64,000 bases of DNA from a virus, in the IMG/VR virus record IMGVR_UViG_3300025098_000019, positions 32,001-96,000 of that record; one strand, given 5' to 3'. Position 1 is the stretch's first letter. The number at the start of each line of letters is the position of its first letter. Both the position numbers and the translations under genes were made by a program. The notes under the pieces were generated by a model. That model saw only the letters and a program-made list of their open reading frames with translations, had not been told where the DNA came from and ran no database searches. This document shows positions 1-11,090 of the stretch, one piece after another.

Positions 1-3000
1 ATTAGCACTAGTTAATGGATCAAATGTCAAGTCGTTGTATCCACGTCCTGAGTTTTGTATTGCTACCCTTCTAACAGTACCGTTTTCTGCAATAACTGGT
101 GTAAGTATTGCTGTTTCAACTTTTGCAGTGCCTAAAAATTGTAAGTCTAATTCAGTATCTACAATTCTGTCATATAAGCGTGATGTTACTAATGGTACGT
201 CTTCTTTTCTAGAAAGTATGCTGAGATCAAAATCATCTACAACAATGTTTTCTTGAAGTACAATATTAGCACGTTCAATTACTTCTTTTAATGCTTCTGC
301 TCTGTTAACAAACCATGACTGGCGCGGTTTAAATAATGTTCCGTACTTTTGTTTCTGAGGAAGTGTCATATCAGGAACTTCTCTGCCCCTGTCGTCATAT
401 CCTACAAGACTGTGTATCCACTTACGTTCAAGGTCTGCTTTTGGTACACTTGTTTCAAGTCCTTCGGATAATATTTGGTATTCAAAATGTATATTTTTTA
501 ATTCGCTGTCTGATGTATAATACCCTATATTAAGAGCAATGTCTTTGTCTGATATAAGAGATTCGCAATTAAATAGTGCAAATTTATTGTTACTTAATAA
601 TGTCACGTAACGATAACCCTGACCACGTGGATCAGCAATTAGTCTTGAAACATCTAATGCTGTCTTTGATCTATTTTCTCTTGTTGGAAGAGTAAATTTA
701 TCTTTAACCCAGAAGTAATACTTTTCGTTAAATGCACTTGTTTCCTTATCATATACTAATTTAACAGAGTATGCATCGTCACCATATTTACTTAGACCAC
801 TTATACCTCGTTCTAAACCAGTTGCCGATGATGATATACTGTCCCATTCGCTTGGAATAAGATCGCTTTCAACCCACTCGTAAATATCAATACTATAGTC
901 TTGAACTAGTGTGTTCCAATTATTAGCCTGTGTTATAGAATCTCCGTGATATGCATCTTTAAATCTTGCTGTGCTTAAATCCCACCATAACTGACCAACA
1001 TACTTGTTTTCCCAATTATTTGTTTCACTAAAGAATTCAGGTAAGTTAGTAGCATTATATCTTGCTAAATCAATATATGACTTCCACGATATTTCTTGAT
1101 CTACTTCACCGAGTATTTTACCTTGTACAGGATCAACAAAATCTAAGTATGTTACTAATTGATTAGTTTTTACATTATACAAAAATGCATGTTTTATCTT
1201 TTTAACATCAACAACATCTACAGGATTCCTAAGAACTGTCCATGCATGTGTGCCTTTTTCCATTACATAATCTAAGAATGATCCAGGATTAGTTGCTTCT
1301 GGTCCAACTGTTGGGTTTGTAGGCAATCCAATATAAACATTGTTTTGATTTAGTAGAAGAGATCTTGCAAATCTAGATCCGCCATCAACATTACTGTTAC
1401 CAACATATTCTAATTGTTCTGCTTGTAACCAATGTCCGTCAATATCTTGATATAATGTAACGCTGCCGCTATTAACGTGATCTGATAAGAAAGATGTAAA
1501 TCCGTCGTCAAACGTTGTTGGAGTTCTTTCATTACTATCTTCATCTAATACATACGAATTTAACGATATTGGATCTTGGTATCTGTCGAAGCGTGTTTCA
1601 ACTTTAATGTTACCGTTGAAACTTGATACACCAATATACTCGTCTGTTATAGACACTGCATATCCAAACTGATCAGCAAGCTCAGTGCCTGGTCCTGATA
1701 TTGTTTGTTTCAACGTAAAGTGAGGTGCAGTGTCAAGTGTATAAATGTATGCTTTACCTGTGTCAAATCCATCTTCATCATTTCCAGGTTCACCAACAAC
1801 TAAAACGTGTCCAGTTGTACTTAAATCAATTGAACTTCCCCAATTAGTATTTGAAGTGGGTGCAACAATTTCTTGATGGAACACATATCTAGTGTCTTGT
1901 AGTCTGTAAATTAAAATCTTATTATCTTCATCAACCGAAGTATCAGTTTCAGCACTAACTGCTATTACTTCACCGTTTTTACTTACTGCTAAGTCTTTAG
2001 TAAAGTCAATAACTGTTTCGCCTAAGTCATCAAATAGTGCGTCTGGGTCACTACCATTACTATACAAAGGATGATCATTTGGAACATGGCTTAGATAATT
2101 TATTCTGTTGTTTAATGGTTGCCACTTGTTACTAGTAGTTGGCGAGCCTGTTGAAAATGTTCTTGCTTGATATAACTGATAGTTGTCAACTACAATTTCA
2201 TTTATTAAGTAACTGGCTGTTACTGACCATGCACCTCTATATCTTTTATCTTTATCAAGTGCATATTCGTATGTTACGCCGTCATCGTCAGTACCATGTT
2301 TTAATAGATATACTTTATCTTTTGAACCTACAAATATTCTATATAATTCATTTGTTTGTGCTATTGCTACTTTTTGTCCAACACGCTGACCAACGCCGCC
2401 TGTTGCACTACCAGGTATTGAATAAGTGTCAACATAAGACCATTGAGAGTCGAATCTTTTATATATTGTGTATACACCTTGATTAGCAATAGAATTAATT
2501 GTTCCAGTATTATTAACTGGTGCGTTGTAAACAATTACCCAATCATTGTTAAGTATTGACGGAATACTAGCTGGTAAATCTCTGCCTTCCTCGGTCAATG
2601 TTTCTTGGTAAATCCAATATTCTTTATTTGCATAAGCAAAAACATCTAAACTTGAAAATTGAGTTAACCCGCCATAACTATTTGGATTAATTGGGAAGTT
2701 TGATCCGCTTGGATGATTAAGTACTACTAGTTTTCCTGTAATAGAGTTAAACGTTGATACATTTTGTATTTCACCCATTCTACGCTGATTTGGTGAACCA
2801 TTTTCTAAAGTATTAAGTACAATAGAATTTCCTGAACTAAAAATTTTGTTTGCGCTTTTATTTTTAATATATACACGAGCTTTGTTTACATCTCTGTTTA
2901 GATAATAAGCAACTTCAGCCGTTGCTCCAGTAAATGCATCTTCAATAATATCACCTGGAATAGGTTCAAAGAAATCTTGGAACTGACCGTCACCGTCTGT

Positions 3001-6000
3001 ATCAACACCAACTGGTTGTCTGTCAATTTGAATAAAATCAATCCAGCCATCCCACATATCTTGTACTTCGTGTGTTTGACTATTAATTTGCTCAATTAAT
3101 CCAGGGTCTTGTAAGCCAACTAAACTAAAATCATATGACGGATTTTGCTTGTCTATATAAAGTCTAACATTAGTACCTACAGTTGTTTGCGCTTCTATTT
3201 CTTTTGGAAGTCTAACAATCCAACGAGTGTCAAAGAAATTTGTAGCACTAGTATTATATTCTATACCAGTATGTGACAATACAGAAATATATGCAAGATA
3301 CTTGTCTGTATTTGTAGGATAAACAGTATCTAAACTATTAATATAATAGTTAGGCTCTCTAGGATCTTCACTAGTAATTAAATCTTGATATACTAGACCA
3401 TATGCTGGTGTTCCAAAATCAGTTAATGCACTAAATTCGTTTGCATTAATATACTCTGCTGTTTGTACTTTCCAAAAACCACCTAAGTGTGATAAAGGTT
3501 TAAAACTAGGTTGTGTATATTGTCCAATTACGTCTTCTCTACCGTTTCTAAGTTCGTCAGTTTCTATTAATACACCATTAGTATCTTTAATGTAAAGTAG
3601 AAGTTTATCTTGTTCGATGAATACTGACGCAACTGTTCCAGCGCCTTCGTTAGTTATAACAGTATCACCTACAGACGGTGGATTATTAAATGCTGTTAGA
3701 TATAACACATAATCAATTTTTTCTAAAATTTCATGTTTGCCGTTGTTTGAAAATCCATTGTCAATAAAGTCTGAATTAGGAATTACATTAACGCCATCGT
3801 TTAAATCATTTAACCCATTTGGCCAAACTTCAATAGCTTCGCCTTCTGCTATTTGTCTATTTAAGTTAGTGTACTTGTTCCATTTTAAAACAATATTATC
3901 TGTAACTTTAGAAGCACGATATTGATCAAACGGTGCTCTAATTAATATATGGTCAACTGTTTTATTTGCAAAATACGGCTGTCCTTGCAATAGTAGCGTA
4001 ATGTCATTAATGTATGATAATCCTGCATTAGTTGCTGCTATTTCAGTAAATGCATAACTGTCAAATGTGCTATACTCTAGTGTTACTTCAGCAGCAGGTA
4101 CATTTCTTACTGCTCTCCAAAAGTTTTCTTGATAAGAAACCATGTCAAGTTGAGAATAGTTAGTATTAGCGTTCCATTCACCTTGGAAAGTTTCGCTTAT
4201 GTTACTTGCGCTTGGTGATCCTACTACTAATAGTTTACCGTCTGGTGATAAAGCAATACTTTCGCCAAATGCTTGACGATCATTCATTGGTGCTACATCA
4301 GTATCAGGCTTTAATATATCTAATAGTTTAAATTCACTTTTATAAGTTGGACGTTGCCAAACTTCAACTACACCATTATTAGATTTTGAATTTGCTATTG
4401 CAACATTTAAGTTTTCGTTAGATGCAGCAATATCGTTACCATAAGAATTATCTATTGACGATTCAGTATCTTGAGTGTAGTATTCGTTAAAGTCTAAGAA
4501 ACTTTCTTTCTTTTGTAAAACAGACCACTGATTGTCAGTACCGTCAATCCATAATTTTTGATTGTGTGATAAATCTTTTTCAATGATTGAATTTGCAGTT
4601 TGTATATTACTAGAACGAACACTTCTTAAACGGGTTAAGTAACCATTGCCTTCTCCAGTTTCAATATCTTGTACAGTTTGTGTTATACCTGTACGTACAT
4701 CGAGCTGGTTGTTACGTACTGCTTTAATTTCATAAAATCCGTCATTACCTCTGCCCAAGTTTCTAACACCAATAATGTCTCCTGGTAAGAAATGTGCAGC
4801 TTTTTTAATTGTTATAGTTGCTAATGGTGTTGCATTTATAAATTCACCATCTGCTTCTTCAGCAAAGCCTTGTATACCAATTACTTTATCACCTGAAACT
4901 ACATGTTGTAATATATCCCAATCTTCGTTTTTGCCAGTTACCCAAATATATTCATCAGAACTAATTCTATTAACATCTGCTGTGAGCATATCTTTAACAT
5001 CTGCTACAGTATATGTAATATCATCTTCGTTAACATATCCAGAATCTATAATTTCCTTATAATAGTCTTTTACTGTTGGAAACGGTTTGTGATTATAGTC
5101 TAATGGTTTTGAATTTACCTGATACGGTAAAATTTTAATTGATAAATCTACATCATTAATCGCTTTTGAATTTACTAGCTCTACAGTTTGTGGTTGAACT
5201 CTAAATTCATTTTCATCAATAATGTATTCAACTTCTTCGTAACTATCAACAGCACCATATTGCCCTACTCTAAGAGCCCATTCTTCGTAAAATTCTAAAC
5301 TATCAGTATCGTCACTACCTAGTGCATCAAACAGTTTTGTTAATGCATTTGGTGTTCCTTTGTCTTGTATAAATCCTTGATAAAATTTGTACTGACTAAC
5401 ATCATCATTAATGATGTTTGAAAGGTATTGTCTTTTTTGGTAACCAATTAAATGTTGTGCATGTTTTTGTTGTTCAACATCAAAGTTGTCGCTATCTAAA
5501 TCATAAAAATCAGCAAACTGTATTGATCTATAATCAAAGTTAGGAAGTAGTCTTGGCGTTGGTCTTTTATCTAGTCTTTCCCAATCTTGTGGTACAAAGT
5601 TTTCAACACCTTTTAGATCTATTTTTGCAACATAATAAAATTCTTTATATTTGACCAAAGCACCTACATCATAATCTTGCCATTGTTCCCACTCAGTTAC
5701 TATTGCTTCGTCGTAAATAAATCCTGGAATATTTAATCCGCCAGTCCATTCGTCACTTCTATATCCAATAACTTTTATTCGCTCTTGTCTATACCCTGCT
5801 GGACGATCAAAAATTACATCATTAAACACAGTTTCGTTGTCTAACAAAATAACATGTTCTATTTGCACTAATGGCAAACGAACTCCGTAAATTCCGTCCT
5901 CTGAGTTTTTAACTTCAAGACCAAATTGGTTTTCAGAATCTCTAGCAATAGAAGTAAAGTTGCGTTCTAATAGTTTTCCATCAGCTTTTACTAAACTATA

Positions 6001-9000
6001 ATTATAAAACTTATCAAAAATATCATCAACAACTGCATATTCTTTATAGAACTTAAATTGTTGTGCGCCAGGTGATAAAGTAAGTACACTACCAGCTGAC
6101 CAGTTTTGTGTAGTCCAGAACATAAGCTCTTTTACACTATATGTCCAATCTTCAATTACACCAGTTTCTTTATTAAAGTAATCAAATACAAACCCTTGGT
6201 CCATTAAATATCTTTCATACCCTAATATAAAGTCTACAAGTTCTTGTACAGTTCTTAAGGTTGTGCCATAAGGGTAGTTTTTTACTACGTTAGTAAAATT
6301 ACGTCTTAATATTGCATCTCTGCCGCCCACTGTTGGCAATGATGATAATTTAGCAAATTTATCTTGGTCAAAGGTTGAGCCACTAACATGACTGCTTATA
6401 CATCTATAATAAAATCCGTCATAACGTACATTAGCTGATTTTACATATTGCTTACTTTCGTTCCAAATAACAAATTCTTCGCTGATGCCGCCAATATTAA
6501 TAACAGGGTCAGTTGACTTAGCACTTGCTTCATAAAAATCAAATGACGCTTTCTGCTTGTCGTAACCTGCTATTGACCAGCCGTTGGGTCTTTTTTCAAC
6601 AATTATACCACTAAGTACAGCAGTATCAATTGGAGCACTTTTATTTAAAATTATCTGATAGTTTTCTTCTGGTACAAAAACATTGCCTTCATTTAAAGGA
6701 GTTCTTGAATCTAATATAAGTTTAAACTTTTCTTTTTCTGTGAAGCCGCCTACTTTAATAGCAAGTTTATTGTCAATCGACGCTATACTCTGTGTATATT
6801 TTTTCCATGTAACATCAATATTTGTTGCTAAGAAGTTGTAAATGTAATTTACTAATCCACTACTTAACACACGGGTGTTATCATTATATGTGTTTGGAAA
6901 TACTAAGTCAGTAGTTCTAATTGGAGTATTACTTTCGGTGTATACCAAATGTCCTACTAAGTTACGCTTAATTCTTGATATGTCATAACCAAGGCCCATT
7001 AGTTTTGCAGGCTGATTTAACATCCATGATGTAATTAATGCAAACGGATATTCTGAACTTTGTCTCCATGCTGTTTCTATTGGGCTGTGATCGCCGAATG
7101 TAAACTGGCTTCTAGTTTTTATTTGTACATAATTTTTAGCATAGTCGCTAGTTAATGGATCAACTAAGTTTCCTTCAGCGTCAACAGGTAAGTGATTTAA
7201 CAACCCAGGACGTACATACTTTGAGTTAACAATAGTTTGTGCATTAGGATCTCTAATTATTCCTTGCTGTAAATCTTCCCACATTACAAAGTTTGAATTA
7301 GTATATGGTGCTGGACCATACACTTCGCTCCACCACTGTGGTTCAATTGTAAGTCCTAACATTTCCCACGGATGTGTATGTGGGCGGTCAGTATCAAATG
7401 CTTCTTTATAAACTCCTCTCCAAAAACCCGGTAATGACTGGTCTTGTGGTGAACTCATTGCTGAGAAGTTAAATGTAAATTTATTTGTTTGTGACCAAAA
7501 ATCTATATTGGAATAATCAAGGCCGCCTGCAATGTCATTCCATTCTACAAAATCAGCTGACATTGCACTATTAATTTGTTGTCTTGTAAATCCTGTATCT
7601 CTATTAGTACCACTAACAAATTCGTTAATATCTAAAATATCTGTATTATACTTTTGTTTAATATTATTAAATATTCTTTTTTCAAAATCTAATATTAAGT
7701 CATCTCTATAATCGCCATATGCAACTACAATGCTGCCGTCGTGTCCTTGAATAACTTCTCTATTAATTGCTGTTGTAGTATCTGTATATTTTTTAGGATG
7801 GTATGCAGGATATAATCCTAACTTAGTTGGCGTAGCAGGAATAAAACATCCGTCAGTAGTTTCGTACTCGTAAAGATCAATTTCGTCACCGTTGTTCAAT
7901 TCAACTTTAATATTAACAAAACCTTCATCAGTAAACACATATTCTTTTTCATGTGTTAATTGTATTCCGTTAACGTACACTAGTACTGCCTTTGCACTCA
8001 ATGCATCTAAATTAAAATATTCTGATAATGCAAAAAACTTACTAGAGCTAGGTAATACTTTATATGATATTCTATTGTCTGCTTTATATGCAAGCATGTC
8101 AGAGAAGTAAAACGGCATACCTTCTGATTTTTCAGAATTTATTTTTTGTAGTACTTTGTCTACATGTACTTTAACAGGACCGTCAAAACCCAAAGTTGAT
8201 GCAGTTTGTATAAACTGTCTTTTAAATTTAGCATATTCATTTTTAGAATATCTAAGAGCTTTAACAATATTTGCATCTTTATCAACGATATGGAATAATG
8301 GTAAGTTAATTGGACCACTGTGCTTTAAAAATCTTCTGCCATATTGATCAATATCTCCGTAGTCTCTTAACGGATGCTGTTCTAAGTCAATTAAATTTTC
8401 TTGTATTGTGTTAACGTGATCAAGAACTTCACCTAACGTAAATTCTTTTGGATTTTCGTTTAACGGATTTCGTTCAAAGTTACTTGCCATTTCATAGTAG
8501 GCATTACCATTTATAATTGCTTCGCTGCTATAGAGTTTAATAACAATATTATCGTCTACATTTAATGTTTTTTCAAATGTTAACTCTCTGTCTTTGTTAA
8601 TGCTATAGTCTGTAGTAATATCATTATTAACAAATACTGCAATGCTTTCATGTATATTTTTAAAAACACTTACATTAAATGATTCATTATCTACGCCTTC
8701 GGCAATATATTGTAATATTGCTGCTTGCTCACTATTTTTATTAGCTTTAGTCCAACCATTTTGGTATGTAAACTCTGTAGGTGAATTAAACTTCTTTAAG
8801 AATCCAGCTTCTAAATTATATGTTAAAATTTCATTATCTAAATTATACTGAACAGTTTCTGTAATTAACGGAAACTCAAAAAGTATATCACCTAAATTTT
8901 CTATATTTTTGTAAGATAACCCAAAGCCTAACTCTTTGTCATTTGCTTCTACTTCGCTAACTTTATAAGAGAATATTTTAGTTCCTCTAAATGTAGAATC

Positions 9001-11076
9001 TGGATATTGAATAACATCTGAAAAACTTGATCCGTCATGGTCAAACAAATCAAATAATGGTTGTTGATTTGTCTGCGTTTTGTCCTGTGCTAAGTGCCAG
9101 TTAGTGCCGTTAAAATAATATATCAACCCAGAATTACTACCGTTTTTAATTAAAACAGTTTCGTCTAACATTGGATTAGTATCTTTTGCTTCAACTAAAC
9201 TAATAATATTATTATTGTCAAACTTAATAAAGTTAACTTCATATATTTTATTATTTGCTCGAACATCAGTATCTGTTGTAACTAGAATACGCATTCCGTT
9301 TGATAACGGTACACCATCAATGCTATAACCTGTGGCGCCTTCAATAGTGCTGAATATATCTGTTGTTACAGTGTCAATTAAATCAACATCATGTTTTGAA
9401 TTAATTCCGTAGCCGAATAACTTTAGTCCTGCTTCAAATTCAATAATAGGTCTAGAAGCTCGCTCGCTCAGGTCAACTACAGGTTGCTGATTATTGTAAA
9501 ACGCACTTTTCTCAATTACGTCTTTGTGAAACCATCTATTATATCTAGTCCAAGCATTTCTATCTAAACTTGCTCTATTAATAATAATATAATCTTTAGT
9601 TCCGGCGTATGCACTTGCATTACCAAAAGGTCTTCTATCAAAAGGTTCAGAATCAAAAGGTACAAATACATCGCCTGTGTATGCTGCTGGTATAACTAAG
9701 TTTCTTTCATCAATAAGTTTAATTGAATCTCCAACACCTTCAACATAATATTCGCTGTTTGCATATTCACTTGGTGTTACATTTCCAAGGAAACTAACTT
9801 TGAGTCCATTAGTAAGCTCTACGCCATTAGCACTTTTATAATAACGCTTTTCAAGTATATCGTTAATATCAATACTTGTATTTTCAACAATATCAAATAC
9901 TTTGATATAACCACTTGTGTTAATATTAGTGCTACTAACATAATATAAATTTTCTGGCGAATTAAACGGAACTGTAAATTCTATAGTTCCTTCTTCGACG
10001 TTTATAGGTAAAATTTCATTGTTATTAACATCGTATGCTTTTATTCCATCAACATATCGATTACTAACATTAGTTGCATTATTATATGTACTTGTTACTT
10101 CAACTCTTACATTTGGTGCACCACCGTCGCCTAGGTCTGCATCAAAGAATGTAATTACTTCTCCTGAAGTAAAGTTTTCGCCACCTTCAATAACGCTTAC
10201 ACTACTAACAACTCCGTCTGCAGAAATAATAACTTCAAACTTTGCAAATTTACCGTTTTCAGTTGAAACATAATCAGTAATTTCGTATGTACCAGGAACT
10301 CTTAAACTATTCTTTGATGTTCTAATATTAGTAGATTTAATTTCACCATTCGAAGGTGTTACTACTACATAATTACCGTCTGAATCTTGAGATAATTTAA
10401 AGTCAGCATCGTTAAATTTTCTATTTGTTGTAAAAGATATTGGATGGCCTTTGCAACGAATTTTAAATCTATATGTCTGTCCTTTATAAAGTGTTAATGT
10501 TGGGTTAGCATCAAACGCAGGAGGATCAAATTTGTATACTGTATTATCATCTTGTACTTCAGTAGTAACAGTATATTCACTTTGTTCAGTGTCATTTCTT
10601 CCAAATACATTTACAGTCTGCGGACCGTTTGGCATCCAGTAGTAATCTCTAAAGTTTACAAACTTATCCCAATCAATATTTGGATTCCAAGCATAAAACT
10701 CTTGTCCTGACAGCAAACTTTGATTTGAAATGTCACCGTTTAAATTTTTAATTTGATTAACATAATCGGAATAGTCACCGTAAAAGTTAACATTATTTAA
10801 ATTGTCGGTAATAACTGTAGATGATTCAAATTGTCTGTTTTGTCGCTGGGTGCTTACATCTTCAATATAAGTATCGCTGGCCCTATAAGCCTTTGCAGTT
10901 GTTCTTCCAACATACCCCGAAACCTTTTCTGCTGTTCCTGGTTGAAATAATTGATCAATTGTACTTGATAATATTTTTTCGTTAGTGTCAGTTCTAAAAT
11001 ACTTAGGTAAAAGGTCTACGCTTTTTCTTTTTGAATTGTCACCTGTTGGTAGAGCTGCGTCTTCTTTATTTGCCAT
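1..11076 (-). CDS. Giant baseplate wedge-like structural protein (>3,690 aa, 3' end beyond the window; positional gp7 analogue)
   Basis: Missing from the ORF track because no stop codon falls inside the window. ATG at 11076 gives MANKEDAALPTGDNSKRKSVDLLPKYFRTDTNEKILSSTIDQL. The same frame was read open at ~4200 (RQAFGESIALSPDGKLLVVGSPSAS), ~1800 (NWGSSIDLSTTGHVLVVGEPGNDEDGFDTGKAYIY) and position 1. It lies directly downstream of the gp6-like gene. Confidence 0.85.
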   Translation of the reverse strand, partial: MANKEDAALPTGDNSKRKSVDLLPKYFRTDTNEKILSSTIDQLFQPGTAEKVSGYVGRTTAKAYRASDTYIEDVSTQRQNRQFESSTVITDNLNNVNFYGDYSDYVNQIKNLNGDISNQSLLSGQEFYAWNPNIDWDKFVNFRDYYWMPNGPQTVNVFGRNDTEQSEYTVTTEVQDDNTVYKFDPPAFDANPTLTLYKGQTYRFKIRCKGHPISFTTNRKFNDADFKLSQDSDGNYVVVTPSNGEIKSTNIRTSKNSLRVPGTYEITDYVSTENGKFAKFEVIISADGVVSSVSVIEGGENFTSGEVITFFDADLGDGGAPNVRVEVTSTYNNATNVSNRYVDGIKAYDVNNNEILPINVEEGTIEFTVPFNSPENLYYVSSTNINTSGYIKVFDIVENTSIDINDILEKRYYKSANGVELTNGLKVSFLGNVTPSEYANSEYYVEGVGDSIKLIDERNLVIPAAYTGDVFVPFDSEPFDRRPFGNASAYAGTKDYIIINRASLDRNAWTRYNRWFHKDVIEKSAFYNNQQPVVDLSERASRPIIEFEAGLKLFGYGINSKHDVDLIDTVTTDIFSTIEGATGYSIDGVPLSNGMRILVTTDTDVRANNKIYEVNFIKFDNNNIISLVEAKDTNPMLDETVLIKNGSNSGLIYYFNGTNWHLAQDKTQTNQQPLFDLFDHDGSSFSDVIQYPDSTFRGTKIFSYKVSEVEANDKELGFGLSYKNIENLGDILFEFPLITETVQYNLDNEILTYNLEAGFLKKFNSPTEFTYQNGWTKANKNSEQAAILQYIAEGVDNESFNVSVFKNIHESIAVFVNNDITTDYSINKDRELTFEKTLNVDDNIVIKLYSSEAIINGNAYYEMASNFERNPLNENPKEFTLGEVLDHVNTIQENLIDLEQHPLRDYGDIDQYGRRFLKHSGPINLPLFHIVDKDANIVKALRYSKNEYAKFKRQFIQTASTLGFDGPVKVHVDKVLQKINSEKSEGMPFYFSDMLAYKADNRISYKVLPSSSKFFALSEYFNLDALSAKAVLVYVNGIQLTHEKEYVFTDEGFVNIKVELNNGDEIDLYEYETTDGCFIPATPTKLGLYPAYHPKKYTDTTTAINREVIQGHDGSIVVAYGDYRDDLILDFEKRIFNNIKQKYNTDILDINEFVSGTNRDTGFTRQQINSAMSADFVEWNDIAGGLDYSNIDFWSQTNKFTFNFSAMSSPQDQSLPGFWRGVYKEAFDTDRPHTHPWEMLGLTIEPQWWSEVYGPAPYTNSNFVMWEDLQQGIIRDPNAQTIVNSKYVRPGLLNHLPVDAEGNLVDPLTSDYAKNYVQIKTRSQFTFGDHSPIETAWRQSSEYPFALITSWMLNQPAKLMGLGYDISRIKRNLVGHLVYTESNTPIRTTDLVFPNTYNDNTRVLSSGLVNYIYNFLATNIDVTWKKYTQSIASIDNKLAIKVGGFTEKEKFKLILDSRTPLNEGNVFVPEENYQIILNKSAPIDTAVLSGIIVEKRPNGWSIAGYDKQKASFDFYEASAKSTDPVINIGGISEEFVIWNESKQYVKSANVRYDGFYYRCISSHVSGSTFDQDKFAKLSSLPTVGGRDAILRRNFTNVVKNYPYGTTLRTVQELVDFILGYERYLMDQGFVFDYFNKETGVIEDWTYSVKELMFWTTQNWSAGSVLTLSPGAQQFKFYKEYAVVDDIFDKFYNYSLVKADGKLLERNFTSIARDSENQFGLEVKNSEDGIYGVRLPLVQIEHVILLDNETVFNDVIFDRPAGYRQERIKVIGYRSDEWTGGLNIPGFIYDEAIVTEWEQWQDYDVGALVKYKEFYYVAKIDLKGVENFVPQDWERLDKRPTPRLLPNFDYRSIQFADFYDLDSDNFDVEQQKHAQHLIGYQKRQYLSNIINDDVSQYKFYQGFIQDKGTPNALTKLFDALGSDDTDSLEFYEEWALRVGQYGAVDSYEEVEYIIDENEFRVQPQTVELVNSKAINDVDLSIKILPYQVNSKPLDYNHKPFPTVKDYYKEIIDSGYVNEDDITYTVADVKDMLTADVNRISSDEYIWVTGKNEDWDILQHVVSGDKVIGIQGFAEEADGEFINATPLATITIKKAAHFLPGDIIGVRNLGRGNDGFYEIKAVRNNQLDVRTGITQTVQDIETGEGNGYLTRLRSVRSSNIQTANSIIEKDLSHNQKLWIDGTDNQWSVLQKKESFLDFNEYYTQDTESSIDNSYGNDIAASNENLNVAIANSKSNNGVVEVWQRPTYKSEFKLLDILKPDTDVAPMNDRQAFGESIALSPDGKLLVVGSPSASNISETFQGEWNANTNYSQLDMVSYQENFWRAVRNVPAAEVTLEYSTFDSYAFTEIAATNAGLSYINDITLLLQGQPYFANKTVDHILIRAPFDQYRASKVTDNIVLKWNKYTNLNRQIAEGEAIEVWPNGLNDLNDGVNVIPNSDFIDNGFSNNGKHEILEKIDYVLYLTAFNNPPSVGDTVITNEGAGTVASVFIEQDKLLLYIKDTNGVLIETDELRNGREDVIGQYTQPSFKPLSHLGGFWKVQTAEYINANEFSALTDFGTPAYGLVYQDLITSEDPREPNYYINSLDTVYPTNTDKYLAYISVLSHTGIEYNTSATNFFDTRWIVRLPKEIEAQTTVGTNVRLYIDKQNPSYDFSLVGLQDPGLIEQINSQTHEVQDMWDGWIDFIQIDRQPVGVDTDGDGQFQDFFEPIPGDIIEDAFTGATAEVAYYLNRDVNKARVYIKNKSANKIFSSGNSIVLNTLENGSPNQRRMGEIQNVSTFNSITGKLVVLNHPSGSNFPINPNSYGGLTQFSSLDVFAYANKEYWIYQETLTEEGRDLPASIPSILNNDWVIVYNAPVNNTGTINSIANQGVYTIYKRFDSQWSYVDTYSIPGSATGGVGQRVGQKVAIAQTNELYRIFVGSKDKVYLLKHGTDDDGVTYEYALDKDKRYRGAWSVTASYLINEIVVDNYQLYQARTFSTGSPTTSNKWQPLNNRINYLSHVPNDHPLYSNGSDPDALFDDLGETVIDFTKDLAVSKNGEVIAVSAETDTSVDEDNKILIYRLQDTRYVFHQEIVAPTSNTNWGSSIDLSTTGHVLVVGEPGNDEDGFDTGKAYIYTLDTAPHFTLKQTISGPGTELADQFGYAVSITDEYIGVSSFNGNIKVETRFDRYQDPISLNSYVLDEDSNERTPTTFDDGFTSFLSDHVNSGSVTLYQDIDGHWLQAEQLEYVGNSNVDGGSRFARSLLLNQNNVYIGLPTNPTVGPEATNPGSFLDYVMEKGTHAWTVLRNPVDVVDVKKIKHAFLYNVKTNQLVTYLDFVDPVQGKILGEVDQEISWKSYIDLARYNATNLPEFFSETNNWENKYVGQLWWDLSTARFKDAYHGDSITQANNWNTLVQDYSIDIYEWVESDLIPSEWDSISSSATGLERGISGLSKYGDDAYSVKLVYDKETSAFNEKYYFWVKDKFTLPTRENRSKTALDVSRLIADPRGQGYRYVTLLSNNKFALFNCESLISDKDIALNIGYYTSDSELKNIHFEYQILSEGLETSVPKADLERKWIHSLVGYDDRGREVPDMTLPQKQKYGTLFKPRQSWFVNRAEALKEVIERANIVLQENIVVDDFDLSILSRKEDVPLVTSRLYDRIVDTELDLQFLGTAKVETAILTPVIAENGTVRRVAIQNSGRGYNDLTFDPLTSAN

Positions 11077-11090
11077 TACTAAATAATTCC

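Noticed and set aside
35-10273. Short ORFs listed by the track across 35-10273
   Set aside because: They are antisense or out-of-frame shadows of the single giant minus-strand CDS (1..11076), with no RBS or promoter support.
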